From Candidatus Latescibacterota bacterium (lineage in GTDB: Bacteria > Latescibacterota > UBA2968 > GCA-2709665), in the NCBI GenBank assembly GCA_965226795.1, contig CBDDDZ010000005.1, positions 1,184,001 to 1,248,000 on the forward strand: 64,000 nt of DNA, read 5' to 3'. The notes below the pieces were generated by a model. It was given only the letters and a program-made list of their open reading frames with translations, was not told the origin of the DNA and ran no database searches. The position numbers and the translations under genes are program-made. Positions 30,525-40,642 of this stretch are shown here, in pieces. Position 1 is the stretch's first letter; every line of letters begins with the position of its first letter.

Positions 30525-32330
30525 GTGTTTCGGTATGGACGTCAGATTACCCGGAGTTTCCTGTTCGGGCGTATAGGCAGAGGTTTAGAGACGACTTCGA
30601 CGCGGCCGCTTACGTTTATGGGGTATGGGCGCGTATTGCTCGTTGGCCTCGTTATTCCCCTTCTGTCGGGGGTGTGGGTGGACGTGTCCGCGACAGGTCG
30701 CGTTCTCGTACGGAAAGTGCGGGTTGATGGAGCGCGTCGGATTTCCGAAGATCGTGTTCGAAGCTGGCTGATGACGCGCACCGGTATGCCGGTGGACAGC
30801 CTGCTCCTAGAGAAGGACATGGTGCGAATCCTGGATGGATATATAGCCGAGGGATACTGGCAGGTATCCGTTGCGTTTCCGAAGGTGGAGGTGAATCGGG
30901 GGCGTGTTTTTTTCCGAATCGAGGAGGGGAGGCGGACGCTCATCGACACGGTCGAAATCGCAGGAAACGAACACGCTGCATCGGACTCCCTGCTGGACGA
31001 GATGTTCTCGCTCAGAGGGGCGCCTCTGATACGGGAAACCCTTGAAGTGGATCTGGAGGCGCTCGTCCGGTTTTACGAAAACCGCGGGTATCCCTTTTGT
31101 TCCCTGACTCCGGAGGTGAGCGTGCCGCCAGGGAGCGACACGGCGCGGTTTCGGATAGAGGTAGATGAAGGGCCCTTCGTGCGGGTGGATACGATTCGCT
31201 TCTACGGCAACCGGATTACGCGTGTCGAGACGCTGCTTCGGGAGATGCGGATGCCGAAGGGCGAGCCCTACGATCAGCGCCGGGTGGACCGGGCGCTTCT
31301 TGCGCTTCGGCGTCTGCCGTTTTTGCTGGATGTGGACGCCGCCGTGTTGAAGACCGAGCCCGACGGACGTACGGCACTGGTGGTTTCCGTCCAGGAAGCG
31401 CCGCCGGGCCGGGCAGAAGGCATCGTGGGCATTGCGCCGGCATCGCGAGATCGTGCGCGAGGCCTGACGGGATCGTTCGCCATCGCATTTGGCAATTTAC
31501 TGGGGACCGGACGGCGCGCGGACGCCTCCTGGTCGCGCAGGGGAAACGCGGCGTCCGATCTGGATATGCTCTATGTTGAACCGTGGATTCTGAGGCAGCC
31601 ATTAGGCCTGGAGGCGACGCTTCTGATGCGGCAACGGCCCGGGTTTGCCGAGAACCGCATGGGTCTGGGAGTAAGGCTATCCACAAGCAACGGCGCCGAC
31701 GTTCGGGTTGGTGTTTCCAAAGGCGGCGTTCGGCCGGATTCAAGCGGGGCGGGCGGTTTTATCAAGGGTCGCATCTGGTCATTGGATGGTGCGCTCGAAT
31801 TCGACCGCCGGGACGATCGATGGAATCCGATATCGGGTTCGCTGCATCGGATCCGACTGGTATGGAGCCGCGTCACGCAGGACGGCGGCACGGGCCGGAG
31901 ATTGCGCTTTCTGGCGGATCTGCATCGATATCTGGCGTTGGGCCGGCGTGCGGTGATCGCCGCGTCTGTGCACGGCGCGGGAGTGGCGGAAAACGGGGTC
32001 GCGCTTCCGGACGGGCCCTTGCGGTTGGGAGGAGCGACGTCGATTCGAGGTTACCGCGAGGAGGCGTTTCTGGTGAATCGGGCGATCTGGATGAACCTGG
32101 AGTGGCGGCTTCTACTGGCGCGCCGGTCACGGGCATTTCTGTTCGTCGATGCCGGCGTTCTGGGGGATGCCGCCACGGGTGAAAAGTACGGGTTGCTCTT
32201 TCCGTTTGGCTTCGGTCTGGGGTTGCGTACCGTATCCCGGCTGGGGACCATCGGACTGGACTACGGTTTGACGAGAACCGATAATCCGGGTCGGGGAAAG
32301 GTTCACATACGTATGGTAAATGCGTTTTAG
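30525..32330 (+). CDS. BamA/TamA (Omp85) family protein with POTRA domains; start may be ~30618
   Basis: POTRA-like repeats (IAGN, YENRGYP, FYGNRITR), NLLGTG, LGGATSIRGY, C-terminal Phe. Confidence 0.85.
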   Translation: MFRYGRQITRSFLFGRIGRGLETTSTRPLTFMGYGRVLLVGLVIPLLSGVWVDVSATGRVLVRKVRVDGARRISEDRVRSWLMTRTGMPVDSLLLEKDMVRILDGYIAEGYWQVSVAFPKVEVNRGRVFFRIEEGRRTLIDTVEIAGNEHAASDSLLDEMFSLRGAPLIRETLEVDLEALVRFYENRGYPFCSLTPEVSVPPGSDTARFRIEVDEGPFVRVDTIRFYGNRITRVETLLREMRMPKGEPYDQRRVDRALLALRRLPFLLDVDAAVLKTEPDGRTALVVSVQEAPPGRAEGIVGIAPASRDRARGLTGSFAIAFGNLLGTGRRADASWSRRGNAASDLDMLYVEPWILRQPLGLEATLLMRQRPGFAENRMGLGVRLSTSNGADVRVGVSKGGVRPDSSGAGGFIKGRIWSLDGALEFDRRDDRWNPISGSLHRIRLVWSRVTQDGGTGRRLRFLADLHRYLALGRRAVIAASVHGAGVAENGVALPDGPLRLGGATSIRGYREEAFLVNRAIWMNLEWRLLLARRSRAFLFVDAGVLGDAATGEKYGLLFPFGFGLGLRTVSRLGTIGLDYGLTRTDNPGRGKVHIRMVNAF

Positions 32331-32343
32331 CGTTCTGGCCCTG

Positions 32344-33159
32344 TCAAAAAGGGAACAAGACGGGGATATTCTCCGGGGTGAGTGCAGCGCCGTATTCGCA
32401 GACCTGAAAGGCCTCCGCGTAGCGGATGCTGCGCCCATGGCTTTCGCCGTAACGTGTCACCAGAAGGTCGCGGTGGCGGTCCGCAACGGCTTTGAACTGT
32501 TCCAGCCTGTGTTCCAGCCACTTTCGGCGTTCGCGGGGTGATTTCGGTACTTCGTGGGGTATGCCGGCATTATAGGGTAGCCACTCGTACATTTGTGAGG
32601 TGTGGCAATGCAGCATGTCGAGCTTCCTGTCGACGACGGCGTCGATGTCGATTGCCACCTCCGGCTCAAAGGGTGCGGGAGACCTGAAGTTATCGCTCAT
32701 ATAGGCGATCACCGGGTTGTAAGATAGCGCAGGTACGTCCGTACAGACGTTGGGTACGGTGACCATATAGGCGGCGTCCTGAACGAGGATGGCGGCGTAC
32801 CGGTGGTCCGGATGGTAGTCGTTGGGCCGATGGGTGAGGATGAGGGTCGGCGTGTAGGAGCGGATCATACGGATGACGTTCTTGCGGTTCTCCAGCGTAG
32901 GCTCCAGTTCTCCGTCGTGGTTGTCCATCACATGGTATTCGATGCCGGCCACCGCGCCGGCGGCTTCGGCTTCCGCCCGTCGCCTGCGCGCGAGCGCGAT
33001 GCCGCCCATCTCGTGATGGCCCGCGTCTCCGTTCGTCAGGGAAACGAAACGGACCTCGTGGCCGAGACCCGCGTAGTTGATTGCAAGTCCGCCGGCTTTG
33101 ATATCGCAGTCGTCGGGATGGGCCCCGAAGACGATGATTCTGAGTGGTCGATTCGGCAC
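32344..33159 (-). CDS. PIG-L / LmbE family N-acetyl deacetylase
   Basis: FGAHPDD, LTNGDAG, RRAEA, DYHPDH; probable GTG start. Confidence 0.9.
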   Translation of the reverse strand: MPNRPLRIIVFGAHPDDCDIKAGGLAINYAGLGHEVRFVSLTNGDAGHHEMGGIALARRRRAEAEAAGAVAGIEYHVMDNHDGELEPTLENRKNVIRMIRSYTPTLILTHRPNDYHPDHRYAAILVQDAAYMVTVPNVCTDVPALSYNPVIAYMSDNFRSPAPFEPEVAIDIDAVVDRKLDMLHCHTSQMYEWLPYNAGIPHEVPKSPRERRKWLEHRLEQFKAVADRHRDLLVTRYGESHGRSIRYAEAFQVCEYGAALTPENIPVLFPF

Positions 33160-33166
33160 GTTGTGC

Positions 33167-34882
33167 TCAGTTCGGATTCGGGTGGTAAATGGCCTCGATC
33201 GAAATTTCCGTCCGGTCTCCGGGAATGGACACGAGGCGGACATGTTCACGGTATCGGACATCCGTATCCGGACGCGCGGCGTCGCCATCCACCAGGATCC
33301 TGCCGACTGGCGCGCCGGCGAATTGCTGAGGAATCAGGATGCGTAGGTCGGGGTGAGGCGAACGGCCCTGAAGGTTCAGGCGCAGTACTGAACCGTTCCA
33401 GTCCAGGTCGTTGAAAAACCAGGTGTCGCGTGCGCTCCAGAAGGCCGCCCACTGGTCGAAGGACCAGATTGGCAGGCCTTTTTTGTTTGCCTGAAGAAGC
33501 AGTTCCCTGCCCTGTTCTTCCGAAAACCTGACCCAGTTTCCCGGGTGGATACAGACGCCGTATGGTGTGTGGAATCGGGTCGTGATATCGGTGAAGATGC
33601 GCTCGAGCATAACCGAGAATACAGTTGGTGACAGCTTGTAGGAGTAATCCTGCGGGCCGAACATGCCGTCGTCGATGGCGTGGGTGTGCTGCTGATAGAC
33701 GTTTACAAGACGACCATCCGGGTGGCAGAAGCGCATGGGAAGTGCCGCGCCGAAGGACGCATAGGGCGCGCCCTCCCTGTCTCTCATATAGGTTCCCGAA
33801 AAGTAGTTGCCGTCCATCAGTACACCCAGTTTTTCCATGACGTCCACTAGATCCAGGTAGCCGGCCCACGCGGTGCAGTGATTGCGCAAGGTACGTGCGG
33901 GAATTCGGAACATCTCCTCAAACAGGCGGATCTGACGCTCAAATTCCGCGACGCGTTCCTGTACCGGACGGCCATCCAGCGGGCGAAGGTTCGGGTGCGG
34001 TCCGATATCGTGGGTTTTGGCATATCTCGCAACGTCCTCGGCCGTGGACTTGGTGTGGGTGGGGATGATGTACAGGCTCATGCGTCCGCCCGCTCCGGTG
34101 ACGCCGTCGAATTCATCCTCGTTCGACGCCACGTCGGCATAATCCTCGTCTCCGGAGTAGAGCAGGATGCCTCGGGCGGTGTGTGGCAGGTGGGACAGAA
34201 AGGGTACCGGCACGGGCAGGTAACGGCGGGTCAGGTCCACGAGCAGCCGGGAAAGCAAGTCGGCATGAGGGATCCAACCGGCGTCGTGAGGGCCCACGCG
34301 GGCGGCCATGTGCGATGGCCGGGCGCAGCCGTCGCCGTCGGGGATGCATTCGGCAAGGTCGGGATCGCCCTGGCGCAGCAATAGGACGCAGCGGGGCAGG
34401 TCAAAGGCGAAGGCAACGATTCTCCCACCGCCGAGGCGGGTTTCCGAAATGCCCACGGTTTCGCCTCCGTAGCGCCCCGGGTGGGACAGAAAGGCCAGCG
34501 GTTTCGCGGTTTCCGCGTGTTCCCACGCCTGCACGTCCCCCACGACCGGAACGCGTTCGCCTGCCAGGCCGCCGGTGGGATACGCGGTGTTTCGCAGACG
34601 TAGCGGCGGCTTTTTCGTGCCCCGGACCGTCAATCCGGCCGCGGCGGCAAGCGTCTTTCCTGGAAGGAAGCAGAGGACGGTGCCACCCCGGCGGGCGTAG
34701 TCCGGGAGCGGGGCTTCGTCATGATATGCCGGACAGACGAGCACCGGGATATCGGCCGGTTCCAGGGTGGGTACCCGGTCGTGGGAAATGGCTCGAAAAA
34801 GCGGCAAACCCCAGGTCTTGAAAATCTCGGCGATGTACGCCGAAAGGTTGGACGGGTCTGTCAGAATACCGATCTGCATCAT
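33167..34882 (-). CDS. Hypothetical protein with a polysaccharide-deacetylase-like domain
   Basis: LLYSGDED, IGPHP, RNHC, CIHP motifs; true start MMQIG (the track's extension to 35071 runs through a MITE). Confidence 0.6.
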   Translation of the reverse strand: MMQIGILTDPSNLSAYIAEIFKTWGLPLFRAISHDRVPTLEPADIPVLVCPAYHDEAPLPDYARRGGTVLCFLPGKTLAAAAGLTVRGTKKPPLRLRNTAYPTGGLAGERVPVVGDVQAWEHAETAKPLAFLSHPGRYGGETVGISETRLGGGRIVAFAFDLPRCVLLLRQGDPDLAECIPDGDGCARPSHMAARVGPHDAGWIPHADLLSRLLVDLTRRYLPVPVPFLSHLPHTARGILLYSGDEDYADVASNEDEFDGVTGAGGRMSLYIIPTHTKSTAEDVARYAKTHDIGPHPNLRPLDGRPVQERVAEFERQIRLFEEMFRIPARTLRNHCTAWAGYLDLVDVMEKLGVLMDGNYFSGTYMRDREGAPYASFGAALPMRFCHPDGRLVNVYQQHTHAIDDGMFGPQDYSYKLSPTVFSVMLERIFTDITTRFHTPYGVCIHPGNWVRFSEEQGRELLLQANKKGLPIWSFDQWAAFWSARDTWFFNDLDWNGSVLRLNLQGRSPHPDLRILIPQQFAGAPVGRILVDGDAARPDTDVRYREHVRLVSIPGDRTEISIEAIYHPNPN

Positions 34883-34891
34883 CCGGCCCCT

Positions 34892-35057
34892 TATCAGTCC
34901 ATTGAAAAAGTTGCTCTGCAGGCGAGGCCGAGCCATTGTGACCGAAGACGAGGCGCACGACCGAGTCGAATCGGGGGATTCGGGGAGGGAGCGCAACGCA
35001 GTAATTCGGCCACAAGAGCTGGCCGCAGCCCGGATGGACTTTTTCAACGGGCTGTTA
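34892..35057. mobile_element. MITE-like element, family B (IS5/IS1182-type ends)
   Basis: TIRs TATCAGTCCATTGAAAAAGT (34892-34911) / ACTTTTTCAACGGGCTGTTA (35038-35057), 17/20 match. Confidence 0.7.
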
Positions 35058-36217
35058 GGGCATAACGCCATTGGGCCTGGCGTCTGTGGGACGGAAATCG
35101 GGCACCTTCATGGCTTGGGTCCCCTCGTCGATGGAATCCGCCGCGAGTATGGCCGGCGCGGCGGTCTCGATTGCCCGGTAGACGTCGAATTCCAACGCCT
35201 TGCCCTCGCGGACGGCGTCCCGGAAGGTGGCGTGCACGTAATAGTCGGCGTCGCCGTGGCCGCTCGCCCGCGCTTCGGTCGGCGCGTCGGTACGCTCAAA
35301 CCGCCAGTCGACCTCGGCCATGTCGTGCATCTGGTCATCGGCCAGCCACATGAGCGGGCGCCCCCTTTGCGAGCGTTTCCATTCCACGCTCCCCCTCGTA
35401 CCCAGCACCTGGTACCAATGGTGACCCCGGCTGCTGGGAATTTTCTGTGTGAACCCGGTAGCCATCCTTAGAATTGTATCCTTTTCGGTTTTCATAAGGG
35501 CCACCTGGATGTCGGGTTGGCCGATTTCGGGGTGGGAGTAACTGGGCCTGCCTGTGCTCATGGCCGTCACTTCCACCACCCGGTCGTCCAGTACCCTGAG
35601 CATGGGGCTGAGTTCGTGCGGAAGATAGTGGATGGGCGGCATTTCGTGAAGCCAGGTAGGTCTGGCTTCGGGGTGCATTCCCAGTTGTTCGAGCGGGTAG
35701 AAACTACCTGTGTCCGGATCCTGAAAGAACTGCCGCGTGCCGTAGTAGCCGATGTACTGCCCTTCGCAAAACGTTACTTTGCCAAGCCGGCCCTGCGCCA
35801 CCAGGTCTCGCCATGTGTCCACGAAACCCCAATACCTCGTTTGCTCGGCCAGCTGGTAGACAAGGCCGGTGCGTTCTACCTGGGTAACGATTCGCCAGCA
35901 GTCTTCCAGGGTGTGGGCGGCGGGCACCTCGGAATTAACGTGTGTTTGCCGGCTTCCAGGGCCCTGGCGGCCAGTTCGCCCTGTTCCCTGCAACGGACGC
36001 ACAGGGCGATGGCGTCCACATTGCCGTCGGTCAGAATATCTTCATACGCCGCATAGGCCTTGGCCGGATTCTCAAGCGCGGCGAGCGCCCGGTCGTGCAG
36101 CGCGGCGATGGGGTCGCATACGGCGGTGATGCGGTAACCGCCGAGGCTTTGCAGCAGACGGAGCCAGTGCAGACCCCTGTGCCCGAGGCCCACTAGGCCG
36201 ATGCGAATGTCATCCAT
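35055..36217 (-). CDS. Gfo/Idh/MocA family oxidoreductase; one frameshift at ~35942
   Basis: IRIGLVGLGHRG...GKH / VNSEVP...YQLAEQ...GHGDAD; extra AC dinucleotide at the junction. Confidence 0.85.
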
Positions 36218-36362
36218 GGTAAACCTCTGAAAGTTGACGCGAAGATCGCAGGTTCAGGGTGAGCATTCAACCGATGCGGGGGAATCCATACGAATATACG
36301 GATCTTCCATTCGCGCGCAAGCGTATCTTCGCCGATACATCTGCAGCCTGCGGACAGCGAAC

Positions 36363-37589
36363 CTAATCGTTACGCCGTCCGGGAACGGGATCGGCGGCTC
36401 GGTGAAAGTAGTACAGGCCGATACCGCAGGCAACCGCCCCCAGGGCGAAGATAGCGCCGATAGCGAAAGGTAGCGCGGGGCCCCAGTCGATGAGTTTACC
36501 GCCGCCCAGGCTGCCGGAGAGCATGCCCGCGCTCCATGCCACGTGCGCGCTGCCGACCACCCGTCCCTCTTCGCCCCCGCCCGCGGTCAACCGGAGGATG
36601 CCGGGCATGGTGGTGGAAAGGGACCAGGCGAAAACGGAAGCCATAATCCCGAAGGTGTACAGGCCGGTAAGCGTTTGAGCCGAAAACGTCAGACCCACAG
36701 CGCTGACGGCGACAAGAGAAGATGAGATGAACACGGGTTTCCACCGGCCGATGCGATCGACCAGCCGGCCTGTGAGCAGCTGCGAGCCACAAGCGGCAAC
36801 CAGGCTGATGGCGCTGTACGTGGTGACGGACGTGTTGGTTCCGGAGATGCGAAAGATGAGCAGCGGTATAAGCAGACTCACCGCGCCCCAATAGCTGGTG
36901 GGGAGGTACCGAATGGCCAGCAGCAGGCGGACTTCCCGGCGACGGCACAGGCTGATGTATCCGGCGAGAGACCGCGTGGCCGACCTGTCGGAGTTTGCGT
37001 GGCGTGGAAGGCTGGGCAGGATAAAGAGGGTCAAAACGACGATAACCGCGGCGGTGGCGCAGGCCAGATGTCCGAGGCGTTCGTATCCCAGGGTGTCGGC
37101 TATGGGTCCGGCCAGGAGGTTGCCCGCGGCGCTGCCGAGCGTACTGCTCAGAAAATATCCCGCCGAGGCCATGCCCATGACGCCTGAGGGAGCGGCCCCC
37201 AGCAGGTAGCTCTGCCCGCCCGTGCTGCTGAATCCGAAGGTCATTCCAAGGCCGATGGATAGGGCCGACATGAGATAGGGGTCACCCGTGAGAAACATGG
37301 CGCCCGCCAGCAGCGGACCGAAGTGGCCCAGAATCAACACACGCTTGATGCCGAAGGCATCACAAAGCATGCCGGCGGGCACGGAACACAAACCTCCCAG
37401 CAGGAAGAAGAGCCCGCGCAGGCCGGCGGTAAAGAGAGGCGACCGGGAAAGGCCCGCTTCGACGTAGGCCGGAAGGAGGGACGAATAAAGGGGGGAGGAA
37501 ACAAAACTGGCAAAGAAGGATACGACGAGAAGGGCGACGAAGCGGCGGTTCAGCAACTCCTTGAGGCCTGCGGAGGACGGATCGGGCAT
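36363..37589 (-). CDS. MFS transporter
   Basis: About 12 TM segments; GMLCDAFG and GRLVDRIG motif-A repeats. Confidence 0.9.
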   Translation of the reverse strand: MPDPSSAGLKELLNRRFVALLVVSFFASFVSSPLYSSLLPAYVEAGLSRSPLFTAGLRGLFFLLGGLCSVPAGMLCDAFGIKRVLILGHFGPLLAGAMFLTGDPYLMSALSIGLGMTFGFSSTGGQSYLLGAAPSGVMGMASAGYFLSSTLGSAAGNLLAGPIADTLGYERLGHLACATAAVIVVLTLFILPSLPRHANSDRSATRSLAGYISLCRRREVRLLLAIRYLPTSYWGAVSLLIPLLIFRISGTNTSVTTYSAISLVAACGSQLLTGRLVDRIGRWKPVFISSSLVAVSAVGLTFSAQTLTGLYTFGIMASVFAWSLSTTMPGILRLTAGGGEEGRVVGSAHVAWSAGMLSGSLGGGKLIDWGPALPFAIGAIFALGAVACGIGLYYFHRAADPVPGRRND

Positions 37590-37826
37590 TGTTGAACCGG
37601 GTTTTGGCGATTCGCATTCGAAAACGCTGGACATCGGATTACAGCGAAAACATATTAGGGTGTCATATGGGGATCCCGCTTATTATGGACGATAGTCACC
37701 GCGATGTCAACCGAAAAGGGAATTCGGATACCGGATTTCTACCGCCCGGGTTCCCCGATGATGACGGTCGTGTCGGGTAGAAACACGCCCGGGAATTCGG
37801 CTGATGACGATGCAAAGGGGTCTGGC

Positions 37827-38357
37827 ATGGGGAAAGCAGGTAAAAAGGTGATACCGGGCTGGACCGGGAGGTACTATGAGGATTTCGAGGTGGGTGAAGT
37901 CTACCGGAGCCGGTTCGGGCGGACGGTTACCGCGGCGGACAATCAGCTATTCACTCACCTGACCCTGAATACCAATCCGCTTCACTTTGACGAGGAGTAT
38001 GCCCGGCGGACGCGGTGGGGAAAGATTCTGGTGAACAGCACCTTTACACTCGCGCTGATCGTGGGAATGAGCGTCCATGACGTGAGCGAGCAGGCGATGG
38101 CGAACCTGGGTTGGAGCGAGATACGGCTTCCGAACCCGGTGTTTGTGGGAGATACACTTTATTGCGAGACAGAGGTGCTGGCTATGCGGGAGTCGAAGTC
38201 GTTCCAGGAAGCGGGCATCGTAAGGGTGCGGTCGCGGGGAGTGAATCAGGACGGTCGTGTCGTCATCGATTTGACTCGCAGCGTGATGATCTATAAGAAG
38301 GCGCACGCGCCGCCGGGAAACGCCTTTCCCGAGATTCACGAGGAGAAAGACGGGTGA
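37827..38357 (+). CDS. MaoC-family (R)-hydratase/dehydratase (RipB/Ich-like)
   Basis: GRYYEDFEVG, GRTVTAADN, NTNPLHFD, ANLGW, PVFVGDT, NQDG. Confidence 0.88.
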   Translation: MGKAGKKVIPGWTGRYYEDFEVGEVYRSRFGRTVTAADNQLFTHLTLNTNPLHFDEEYARRTRWGKILVNSTFTLALIVGMSVHDVSEQAMANLGWSEIRLPNPVFVGDTLYCETEVLAMRESKSFQEAGIVRVRSRGVNQDGRVVIDLTRSVMIYKKAHAPPGNAFPEIHEEKDG

Positions 38358-39214
38358 AGGCGATGCGGTCCTGGCTGTTTGTGCCGGGGCACCGTCAGCC
38401 GATGATCGACAAGGCTCCGGGGCTGCCGGCGGATGTCCTGATATTCGATCTGGAGGACGGCGTCCCGGAGGCCGAGAAGGACGTTGCGCGCGAGCGGGTG
38501 GCTGCCGCACTCGGCAGAACGCCTGGCGGTCCACCGCGATTCGTGAGAGTCCACGGGGGCGGATCCTCCCATCTGGACAACGATCTGCGGACGGTGGTGC
38601 GGGAAGGGTTACAGGGACTCGTGTTGCCCAAAGTGCAGGGTCCGGAGGACGTGCTTCAGATGCACCGGTGGCTGGAGGGACACGAGGCGAAGGCGGGGAT
38701 TCCATCCGGCGGCGTCAGGCTTCTGGCAACCATTGAGAGCGCCCGGGGCCTGGTCCAGGCCCCGGCGATCGCTTCCGCCACACCCAGGCTCGTGGGGATC
38801 ATGTTCGGCGCCGAGGATTTCGCGCTGGATCTGGGCATCTTTTCGCAACCGGGAGAGGGTTTGTTCAACTACGCGCGGTCGGCGCTGGCGGTGGCTGCGG
38901 CAAGCGGGCAAATCCGGGCAATCGACAAGGTATTTACGGACATCCGCGATCCCGACGGACTCGTCAGGGAGGCGCGTCAGGCGCGGGACCTCGGGCTTTC
39001 CGGAAAAGCCGTGATCCATCCGGGACAGGTCGGCGCGGTGAATGATATCTTCAGCCCCACGGAGGTCGAGGTGGTGCGCGCCCGGCGGATCGTTTCGGCT
39101 TTCGAACACCGATCGGACGAGGGCGCGGCGACCGTGGACGGCCGGATGGTGGACAGGCCGGTGTTGGAACAGGCCCGGCGGATCCTGGAACGCCTCAAGG
39201 ACGAACGCGCATAA
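38354..39214 (+). CDS. CitE-like CoA ester lyase (HpcH/HpaI aldolase-citrate lyase family)
   Basis: RSWLFVPG, DLEDGV, LPKV, TIESARG, FGAEDF, GKAVIHPGQ. Confidence 0.92.
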   Translation: MKAMRSWLFVPGHRQPMIDKAPGLPADVLIFDLEDGVPEAEKDVARERVAAALGRTPGGPPRFVRVHGGGSSHLDNDLRTVVREGLQGLVLPKVQGPEDVLQMHRWLEGHEAKAGIPSGGVRLLATIESARGLVQAPAIASATPRLVGIMFGAEDFALDLGIFSQPGEGLFNYARSALAVAAASGQIRAIDKVFTDIRDPDGLVREARQARDLGLSGKAVIHPGQVGAVNDIFSPTEVEVVRARRIVSAFEHRSDEGAATVDGRMVDRPVLEQARRILERLKDERA

Positions 39215-39362
39215 AGCGCGACCGCCGGCAGACAGATCGCCTGGAGCCCGACTCTCGCGCGTGCTCCGAAACGAGGACGAGACCGAACGACCCGTGGCGA
39301 AGGCACGAACGGCGCGGGGTGTGTCTCCTCGGGCGGTTCGTTGCGAAGAACCGGAGGATCCC

Positions 39363-40568
39363 TTGCAGGATCAACGCCAGCACCCGCCCCTGAGCGGAAT
39401 AAGGATTGTCTCGGTGGAGCAGTTCGGGGCGGGCCCGTGGGCAACGATGATGCTGGCGGACCTGGGGGCGGAAATTATCAAGGTTGAGAACCCCGAAACC
39501 CGCGGCGATGTCGCGCGTTATGTGCCACCGTATACCGCTGAACAGGATAGCGTGTATTTCCAGAGTTTCAACCGAAACAAGAAGAGTATGACGCTGAATC
39601 TGAAGCATCCGGGAGCCAGGGAGGTGCTGCGTCGGCTGGTGATGATTTCGGATGGGGTGTTCAACAACCTGCGCGGAGATCTTCCCGCCCGGCTGGGACT
39701 CGACTATCCGGCGCTGAGTGAGGTCAAGTCTTCGATTGTATGCTGTTCGCTTTCCGCGTTCGGACGGGATGGGTCTCGAGCGGGCGAGCCAGGCTACGAC
39801 TATCTGATGCAGGGATATGCCGGCTGGATGAGTCTTACAGGCGAGCCCGACGGTCCGCCGACGAAAACAGGTCTTTCACTCGTGGACCTCGGCGCGGGCG
39901 CAATGGCGTCTCTGGGCATGGTCAGCGCGATCTTACGCGCCAGAAAGACGGGCCTGGGGTGCGACGTGGACGTGAATCTGTTCGATACGGCGCTGGCGCA
40001 ACTCGGATATGTGGCGGCGTGGCACCTGACGAAGGGTTATCAGCCGCAGAGGATGCCGGACTCTTCTCATCCGTCGCAGATTCCGTCCCAGGTGGTGCCG
40101 ACCAGGGATGGATGGCTCGTCGTGATGTGCGCAAAGGAGAAGTTCTTTCGTAACCTGGTACGTGTGCTGGGGGCGCCGGGTCTGGCGGAAGACGTGCGAT
40201 TCTCCGGTTTTGAGGATCGCCTGGAGAATCGCGACATTCTGATTCCGATCCTTAAGGATCTGTTTCGTAAGAAAACAACCGCCGATTGGCTGGGGCTGCT
40301 GAGAGGCAAGGTGCCCTGCGCCCCGGTGAATACGGTGGCGGAGGCCTTTGCCGACCCGCACGTGGTTGAGAACAATATGATACTGGATTTGCCGCATCCG
40401 GAGTTCGGTGCCGTCCGGGTTGTGGCGAGTCCCATCAAGGTCGGCGACGCATCGGTTGAACCTCGGCGCGGTCCCTCGCTGGGAGAACACAATGAGCCGA
40501 TTCTAGGGGACTATCTCGGGTTATCAACCTCTGAGATTGAGAAACTCCGCAATGACGGCGCCATTTGA
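39363..40568 (+). CDS. Class III CoA-transferase (CaiB/BaiF)
   Basis: GGAGGA RBS before TTG; PLSGIRI, LADLGAEIIKVE, NRNKKS, PGYD, LGEHN. Confidence 0.9.
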   Translation: MQDQRQHPPLSGIRIVSVEQFGAGPWATMMLADLGAEIIKVENPETRGDVARYVPPYTAEQDSVYFQSFNRNKKSMTLNLKHPGAREVLRRLVMISDGVFNNLRGDLPARLGLDYPALSEVKSSIVCCSLSAFGRDGSRAGEPGYDYLMQGYAGWMSLTGEPDGPPTKTGLSLVDLGAGAMASLGMVSAILRARKTGLGCDVDVNLFDTALAQLGYVAAWHLTKGYQPQRMPDSSHPSQIPSQVVPTRDGWLVVMCAKEKFFRNLVRVLGAPGLAEDVRFSGFEDRLENRDILIPILKDLFRKKTTADWLGLLRGKVPCAPVNTVAEAFADPHVVENNMILDLPHPEFGAVRVVASPIKVGDASVEPRRGPSLGEHNEPILGDYLGLSTSEIEKLRNDGAI

Positions 40569-40642
40569 ATGACCGGGTCAAGGATGACCACCTGCGTGGA
40601 CCCGTGGGCTGAAGGTTCCGCCACCACGACAAAGGAGGCCCG

